Shown here one piece after another: positions 58,067 to 64,000 of a stretch of DNA of 64,000 bases. The position numbers and the translations under genes are program-made. This DNA comes from Planctomycetota bacterium (GTDB lineage Bacteria > Planctomycetota > GCA-002687715 > CAIWVZ01), in contig JBGANV010000001.1 in NCBI GenBank assembly GCA_044222185.1, positions 1,184,001 to 1,248,000 on the forward strand, in the 5' to 3' direction. The number at the start of each line of letters is the position of its first letter. Within the stretch, counting starts at the first letter, position 1. The notes under the pieces are model-generated. The model made no database searches and had not been told where the DNA came from. It saw only the letters and a list, made by a program, of their open reading frames with translations.

Positions 58067-60925
58067 ATGTTTCTCATGCGATTCGCGTCCGGTGTGATTG
58101 CATCGGCGGCCGTCCTGATATTGACGTCCGCTTCGCCGGCCCAGCACGGGACGGCACGTGACTACAAAGACTTTGCGAAGGCCCTCTCCGAGAACACCTA
58201 CTTCGACCTCGCCAAGGAGGTCGTGAACGAAGGACTCGGCGCCCTACAGGGCGGGGACGACAAGGCGATCCTCGAATACGCGCTGTGCGAGATCTCGGCC
58301 AATGAGGCCTTTCGCACGCCCAAGCCCGAGGAGCGCCAGAAGAACCTCGAAGGCGCGACCAAGGCCTACGAGGACTACCTCAAGAAGTACCCGAGCAGCC
58401 CGGTCCTTTCCGAGGCGCGCTACCAGATCTCCGAGCTGCTTCGCAGCGCCGGCGAAGCCGTCGCGCGGCAGCTGAAGGACGAGAAGGACGCGACGAAGAA
58501 GGACCAGCTTCGCGAGAAGGGGCTGAACTACTTCACGAAGGCCGAGGCGTTCGCCACGCAGCGCGTGGAAGAGCTGAAGGCGAAGCAGAACAAGTCCGAC
58601 ATCGAGAAGGACGAGTTCAAGGCGCTCCGCTTCGCGATCCCGGTCATCGCCTATTCGAAGGTCACGCTGTACGACGATCGCAACAGCCTCAACGCGCAGG
58701 TCGCGTTGAAGGCGGCCAAGGAAGGGTTCGAGGACTTCGACCTGGAGTACACGGGCGAGCTCCTCTCCTTCGAGGCGCGCCGCTACCTCTTCCTCATCGC
58801 CGTCGACGAGAAGCGGAACGACGAGGCCGAAGAGCTCATCGCCTTCTCGTGCGACCAGCTCGCCGAGGCCGCGCAGAACCAGCCTGAGATCCTTCAGGAC
58901 GAGTCGACGCGCGACGTCATGATCTCCAACTTCCACGACATGGCGCAGTTCCTCACGCAGACGAAGGCGCCGCCCGAAGGCAAGAAGGCCATCGAGCGCG
59001 TCGAGACGCTGCTGAAGGCCATCCCCCGCCTCATCACGATCCGCGAGGGTCGCGAGTGTCTGCTCATCCTCGCCCGCGCCTATGCAGCCGAGGGCCAGGC
59101 GGACAAAGGCAAGAAGCTCGCGGACGACATCTTCAAGGCGGATCCGTCGGGCCCGACGAGCGCTGCCGCGGATGAATTGCGCAAGGGTGGCAAGGGATTC
59201 GCCACGAGCGGTGGCGGTGACCTCTCGACGATCCTCGTCCAGCTCCAGGGATGCGTTGAGCGCAAGGACACCGCGACGGCCGAGAAACTGCTCGGCCAGG
59301 TGTTCGCGCGCGACGTGACCAAGGCGAAGATCGATGACCTCGCCGAGGCGCTCTTCCTCGGAGCGAGCACGTACTTCGAACGCGGCAACTACGTCGACGC
59401 GTCCGTGTGCTTCGGGCTGATCGTCGAGAACTACCCGCAAACGAAGCGCGCTCCCCCGGCCGCGAGCAACGCCGCCATGGCGTACGGCCGCATGGCCGGC
59501 ATCGAGAAGAAGAACGGCTCGGGCTTCGAGTTCTGGAAGAACAAGAACAAGGAAGCCATCGCCGATCTGATCCGCCGCTATCCGCAATCGCCGGAAGCCG
59601 CGGGCGTCACCTTCTTCGCCGCACTCGACGCCGAAGCCGAGGGCAAGTTGCCGGAGGCGATCGACCTCTTCGGCAAGGTCCCGGGCGGCAACGTGAATTA
59701 CCCCGAGGCGCAGTTCCGCATCGGTAAGTGCGCGACCGACATCGCGACACAAGCCGAGAACCGCGATCAGAAGGACGAAGCCAAGAAGCGCTTCACGCAA
59801 GCCGTTTCAGGCTTCGAGAACGCCATCACTTCGTACGCAAAGTCCGCGGCCGACACGCTGAACAAGGCGGACATCGCCAAGGCGCGACGCGGCAAGACGG
59901 ACTCCCAGCTCATGCTGAGCCAGATCTACCTGCGTGACGACTTCAAGCAGGTCGACAAGGCGCTGGGACTCCTCGACAACGCGGAAGCGGACAACAAGGA
60001 CGACAAGAACAAGGTCGCCCAGATCTGGAACTTCCGCGTCCGCGCCTTCGTGAAGCAGGGCCAGGGCACCAAGGCCGCCGACCTCTTCAAGCAGTGGTTG
60101 AAGCAGCAGACCGACGCCGGCGCCGTCGCCCCGACCGCCATCAGCGTCGCAGCGGCCGTCGACAAGGAGGCTGGCGAAAAGGTCAAGGCGAACGACAAGT
60201 CGGCCAACGAGCTGTACCGAACCGCAGCCGAGATGTACACGCTCGCCATCGACTCGGCGGGCAGGGGCGGTACGGCGAAGGTGGATTGGTCGCAGGTCGG
60301 TGGTCGTCTCCTGGCCATCGCCGGGCGTCTGTCGGGCCTCCCCGACGATCTCTCGCTGTCGAACATCGACCCCAACGCGAAGCTCGCGGAACAGGCGATG
60401 ATCGAGAAGGCGAAGAAGGCCTACGACTTCGCCAGCGAGGACAAGACCGGCACCGTCAACGTGGAGCGGCTGAGAAACACGGCCCGTTGCCGCGCGCTCA
60501 CGGGCGACTGGATCGGCGCGATCAGCGCGTTGACCGACATCACGACCAAGCAGCCGCTCTTCATGCAGGACGGGAAGCTCGACGCGGAACGCCTCAAGCA
60601 GAATCCGTCGCTCCCCGCCATCAACCTGGACCTCGCGGTCGCCTACATTCGCGCCGGCAAGTCGGACAAGAGCCAGTACTCGTCGGCTTCCGACATCGCG
60701 AGGAACCTGATCGCCAACTCCGAGCAAGGCAAGAAGATGTACTGGGAGGCCAGGTACCTCTACCTGCTGGCCATGCTCGAATCGGGCAACGTCTCCGAAC
60801 TCGACGGCGCGCTCGACTCGCTCGAGAGAACCAACCCGGAGGCGGACAAGAACGAGTACGGCATCAAGGCGAAGATCGACCAGATCCGCGCCATCCGGAA
60901 CAAGAAAGCAGTCATCACGAAGTAG
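58067..60925 (+). CDS. Large periplasmic TPR-repeat protein
   Basis: Signal peptide; many helical repeats with YP.S and A.Y/F..G patterns. Confidence 0.85.
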   Translation: MFLMRFASGVIASAAVLILTSASPAQHGTARDYKDFAKALSENTYFDLAKEVVNEGLGALQGGDDKAILEYALCEISANEAFRTPKPEERQKNLEGATKAYEDYLKKYPSSPVLSEARYQISELLRSAGEAVARQLKDEKDATKKDQLREKGLNYFTKAEAFATQRVEELKAKQNKSDIEKDEFKALRFAIPVIAYSKVTLYDDRNSLNAQVALKAAKEGFEDFDLEYTGELLSFEARRYLFLIAVDEKRNDEAEELIAFSCDQLAEAAQNQPEILQDESTRDVMISNFHDMAQFLTQTKAPPEGKKAIERVETLLKAIPRLITIREGRECLLILARAYAAEGQADKGKKLADDIFKADPSGPTSAAADELRKGGKGFATSGGGDLSTILVQLQGCVERKDTATAEKLLGQVFARDVTKAKIDDLAEALFLGASTYFERGNYVDASVCFGLIVENYPQTKRAPPAASNAAMAYGRMAGIEKKNGSGFEFWKNKNKEAIADLIRRYPQSPEAAGVTFFAALDAEAEGKLPEAIDLFGKVPGGNVNYPEAQFRIGKCATDIATQAENRDQKDEAKKRFTQAVSGFENAITSYAKSAADTLNKADIAKARRGKTDSQLMLSQIYLRDDFKQVDKALGLLDNAEADNKDDKNKVAQIWNFRVRAFVKQGQGTKAADLFKQWLKQQTDAGAVAPTAISVAAAVDKEAGEKVKANDKSANELYRTAAEMYTLAIDSAGRGGTAKVDWSQVGGRLLAIAGRLSGLPDDLSLSNIDPNAKLAEQAMIEKAKKAYDFASEDKTGTVNVERLRNTARCRALTGDWIGAISALTDITTKQPLFMQDGKLDAERLKQNPSLPAINLDLAVAYIRAGKSDKSQYSSASDIARNLIANSEQGKKMYWEARYLYLLAMLESGNVSELDGALDSLERTNPEADKNEYGIKAKIDQIRAIRNKKAVITK

Positions 60926-60967
60926 GCAGGTCGCTGAACACGACCTCCAGCACGAGGAATCAGAACG

Positions 60968-62086
60968 ATGAACGTTCGTGGCTTCAATCAACTCATGATC
61001 GCGATGGCGCTCGTGACGCTCTCGAGCCGGGTATTCGCTCAGAACGACACGATCACCCTCAAGGACAACTCGACGAAACAGGGCACCGTCCAGGAATGGG
61101 ACTACCGCGGCGTGAAGGTCGCGGTCGGCGGATCCGGGACGACGACGATCAAGGCCGATGACGTGCTCGGCGTCGAATTCGCGGCAGCCCCGAAGGACTT
61201 CAAGGAAGGCAAGGACGACCTCGCCGGCGGGAAGTTCGACGAGGCGGTCGCCAAGTTCCAGGCACTCATCGACAACGCGAAGGCCCGTGCGGCGATCCGT
61301 CAGGAGTCGCACTGGTACAAGGCGCAGGCCTTGAAGGGCTCTGGCAAGAACGACGAGAGCGTGGCCGCAATGAAGGCCATGATCGCCGACGGTCAGTTCC
61401 CGTCGTCGCACTACCTGGAGCAGATCCACGACCTCGTCCCCACCATGCTGGCGCAGGCTGGCAAAGGTGCGGAGGCCATCACCTTCATCGAGGGTGAGGA
61501 GTCCCGGATCAACAAGCTTCCCGAATCGGGCGGGCTGCTCGAGGGCCTGAAGCTCGGCCGCGCGCGCGCCTACCTCGCATCGAACGACCTGGCGAAGGCC
61601 AAGTCCGAGGCAACTGCGCTCGCTGCGACGACTGGGGCCCGCGCCTCGGAGGCCAAGGTCATGCTCGGCACCATCGCGCTGGCCGAGAAGAACCCGACCG
61701 AGGCCGAGAAGCTCTTCCGCGACGCCCTGAAGGTCGTGACCCGCTCCCGCGAGCGGGCTGCCTGCTACAACGGCCTCGGCGCCGTTCTCCAGCAGCGCGG
61801 CAAGGAGACGAGCAAGCCCGACCTCCTCCGCGAGGCCCTCCTCAACTACCTCCGCACGGCCCTGATGTTCGCGCCCGCCCCCGGAGAACCGACTGGCGAG
61901 CACGAGAACGGGCTCTACAATGCCGCCAACTGCTTCCAACTGCTGGGGGACGTGTCGAGCGACAAGGACGTACAGAAGCGCAACTACGGTCGAGCGGTCG
62001 AGATGTACCGCCGTTTCGTCGCAGAGTATCCGCAGTCCCCACTCAAGGCCGACGCGCAGTCGCGCCTCTCCAAGCTCGGCGGTTGA
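60968..62086 (+). CDS. Periplasmic protein with N-terminal small beta domain (DTITLKD..QG.V) and TPR repeats
   Basis: Signal peptide; EALLNYLR, YPQS C-terminal CpoB/BamD-like TPR. Confidence 0.85.
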   Translation: MNVRGFNQLMIAMALVTLSSRVFAQNDTITLKDNSTKQGTVQEWDYRGVKVAVGGSGTTTIKADDVLGVEFAAAPKDFKEGKDDLAGGKFDEAVAKFQALIDNAKARAAIRQESHWYKAQALKGSGKNDESVAAMKAMIADGQFPSSHYLEQIHDLVPTMLAQAGKGAEAITFIEGEESRINKLPESGGLLEGLKLGRARAYLASNDLAKAKSEATALAATTGARASEAKVMLGTIALAEKNPTEAEKLFRDALKVVTRSRERAACYNGLGAVLQQRGKETSKPDLLREALLNYLRTALMFAPAPGEPTGEHENGLYNAANCFQLLGDVSSDKDVQKRNYGRAVEMYRRFVAEYPQSPLKADAQSRLSKLGG

Positions 62087-62136
62087 TCGAGCGAACACCC
62101 ATACAGGAACTCTCATTCTCAGGAGCAACCGGAACC

Positions 62137-62853
62137 ATGAAGCACCGATTCGCGATGATGTGTCTCGTCACTGTGCTGTTCGCCGGAGCCGTCGCGGCCC
62201 CGGCACTCGCCGCTGAGGAAGCGACCGGCAAGCACAAGAGCGTCCTCGAACTGTTCGAGACCACTGGCTGGGTCGGTTGGTTGATGGTCGCCACGTCCAT
62301 CATCGGCACCGTGCTCTGCATCCAGAACGTCGTCGAGATCCGGATGGACAAGCTCGCTCCGCCGGACCTGACGAAGGAGATCGAAGACGCCATCAACGAG
62401 GGCGACCTCGATCGCGCGCTCGACGTCGCCATGTCGAGCCGTTGCTACTTCGGCCAGATCATGGGCGGCGGGCTCATGCTGAAGGAAGCCGGCTACGAGC
62501 AGATGGTGAACGGCATGGAGCAGGTGGCCGCCGAAGAGGCGTTCAAGCTCAACGCCAAGATCTCCAACCTCTCCCTCATCGGAAACGTCGCCCCGCTGCT
62601 CGGACTCCTCGGAACGGTGACGGGAATGATCTCGTCGTTCCAGGTCATCGCGCAGAAGGCCGCCCCGACGCCTGCCGACCTCGCGTCGGGCGTGTACGAG
62701 TCGCTCGTCAACACGACCATGGGTCTGTTTCTCGCCATCGTCTTCCTCACGCTGTTCTTCTTCATGAACAACCGCGTCAAGAAGATGTCGCTGAACTGCA
62801 ACCTGATGGCCGTCGAAATGCTCAAGAACACGGGCCTTCACAAGCACGCCTGA
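62137..62853 (+). CDS. exbB: MotA/TolQ/ExbB proton channel protein
   Basis: IGNVAPLLGLLGTVTGMI.SF, LASG..ESL.NT.MGL..AI; AGGAG RBS; signal-like N-terminus. Confidence 0.93.
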   Translation: MKHRFAMMCLVTVLFAGAVAAPALAAEEATGKHKSVLELFETTGWVGWLMVATSIIGTVLCIQNVVEIRMDKLAPPDLTKEIEDAINEGDLDRALDVAMSSRCYFGQIMGGGLMLKEAGYEQMVNGMEQVAAEEAFKLNAKISNLSLIGNVAPLLGLLGTVTGMISSFQVIAQKAAPTPADLASGVYESLVNTTMGLFLAIVFLTLFFFMNNRVKKMSLNCNLMAVEMLKNTGLHKHA

Positions 62854-62874
62854 TCGCAGGCGTGGGAGCCATCC

Positions 62875-63441
62875 ATGGCGTTTCATGACATCGAAGTCGA
62901 GCAGGACGTGGCGCCGAACCTGGTGCCGATGGTCGACATCATGTTCCTGCTGCTCCTCTTCTTCATGCTCAACGCTGACATGAGTCAGCGTGAGCTGGAG
63001 GAGATCGTTCCGCCCGTCGCGAAGGCCGCTCAGGAGGACAAGCCGAATGCGGGTGACACCTTCCGCATCACGGTCAACATCCACCATCTGAGCGAGGCCC
63101 AGGGGTCAACCTGCGCGATCCACAAGATCGGGCAGGTCTGCCGCGACGACGGTCACTGGCGCATCGCGGTTTCCGGTCGCTCCTACGAGTTCAACGCGGA
63201 AGGCCAGAAGCGGCTCGTTCAGCACCTGACCGAGCTCGCTCGCAAGGGCAAGACGAACCCGAACGACCCGAACTCGATCTCGGAGACCAAGATGCTGGTG
63301 CGTGCCGACCGGTTGGCCCCCTACGGGTACATCCAGAAGGCGATGGAGGCTGCGGCATTCGCCAAGCTCTACAAGATCGAAGTCGGGGCGGGAATCCCGA
63401 AAGAGGTCTTGAACGAGCGTGCCGCCGCGCAGCCGAAGTGA
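62875..63441 (+). CDS. exbD: ExbD/TolR family protein
   Basis: NLVPMVDIMFLLLLFFM with conserved TM Asp; VRAD...PYG. Confidence 0.93.
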   Translation: MAFHDIEVEQDVAPNLVPMVDIMFLLLLFFMLNADMSQRELEEIVPPVAKAAQEDKPNAGDTFRITVNIHHLSEAQGSTCAIHKIGQVCRDDGHWRIAVSGRSYEFNAEGQKRLVQHLTELARKGKTNPNDPNSISETKMLVRADRLAPYGYIQKAMEAAAFAKLYKIEVGAGIPKEVLNERAAAQPK

Positions 63442-63646
63442 CGCCGACGGGCGCGGGGTTCGAGCCCCGTGCCCGCGCGACCCGTGGTGACGAATCGAGC
63501 CACTTGACGCGTTCCGGCGCGTCGACAGTGGTGACACAAACAACCTGCTGCATGAGGACTGCGGCCCCCGGGGCCAGGCCGTGAGTCCAACACGGGATCA
63601 CCCGCGCGAGCGGGCGAAACCGTGACAACTGTCGAGGAGACGTGAC

Positions 63647-64000
63647 ATGGCTGGTTCTACCGGCAAAGACAATCCGGTCGGCATCAACGTGACGCCGCTC
63701 GTGGACATCATCTTCTGCCTGTGCCTCTTCTTCATGTGCTCGCTCAAGTTCAAGCCACTTGACGGCAAGATGGACTCCTGGCTGCCGAAGGACAAAGGTC
63801 CCGGCCCGGCAACCGCGAACCCGACGCTCGACGAGATCCGCGTGGTGTTGTCGTTCAGCTCGGAGAAGAACCAGCTCGAGCGGTTCTTCGGACAGCGCCC
63901 GATCGAGAGCGGCGAGAAGGGTGACGCCCTCCTCGCCAAGCTGATCAAGGACCAGTACACCTCGTACCAGTCCCTCGGGAAAACGGACATCCCGGTGATC
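63647..64000 (+). CDS. exbD: Second ExbD/TolR family protein, runs off window edge
   Basis: Not in the ORF track. GAGGAG RBS, ATG 63647, MAGSTGKDNPVGINVTPLVDIIFCLCLFFM. Confidence 0.9.
   Translation, partial: MAGSTGKDNPVGINVTPLVDIIFCLCLFFMCSLKFKPLDGKMDSWLPKDKGPGPATANPTLDEIRVVLSFSSEKNQLERFFGQRPIESGEKGDALLAKLIKDQYTSYQSLGKTDIPVI

Noticed and set aside
1-64000. CRISPR arrays, rRNA, IS elements, anti-phage systems
   Set aside because: No regularly spaced repeats, rRNA-like sequence, transposase or defence-domain motifs seen

Overview
High-GC bacterial chromosome segment, inferred to be Planctomycetota-like from the prenyltransferase-barrel/TPR/ExbBD module, an ECF sigma factor with a long extension, DUF1573 and HEAT-repeat proteins. 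About 1-43 kb is a large cell-surface glycan region: many GT2/GT4 glycosyltransferases, Wzm/Wzt ABC exporter, two PIG-L deacetylases, GNAT, SAM methyltransferases, a B12 radical SAM enzyme, two UGM-like flavoproteins, two YfhO-like and one TMTC-like GT-C membrane proteins, a nucleotidyltransferase and a HAD hydrolase. It is interleaved with a zrg-like ABC/DUF3299 module and secreted proteins. After RNase HII and tRNA-Thr(CGT) come two apparently disrupted genes, a HEAT/receiver protein, anmK, a sigma54 activator, and an operon of TonB-like-anchored (alpha/alpha)6-barrel protein, two TPR proteins, ExbB and two ExbD. Main highlights: (1) that ExbBD motor operon with an atypical transducer; (2) two catalytically degenerate paralogs (radical SAM without CxxxCxxC, GT2 without DxD) kept inside the glycan operons; (3) an unannotated minus-strand structured RNA (6S-like) with its own terminator; (4) a C-terminal domain shared by two unrelated secreted proteins. 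All family calls come from motif recognition by eye; no searches were run.
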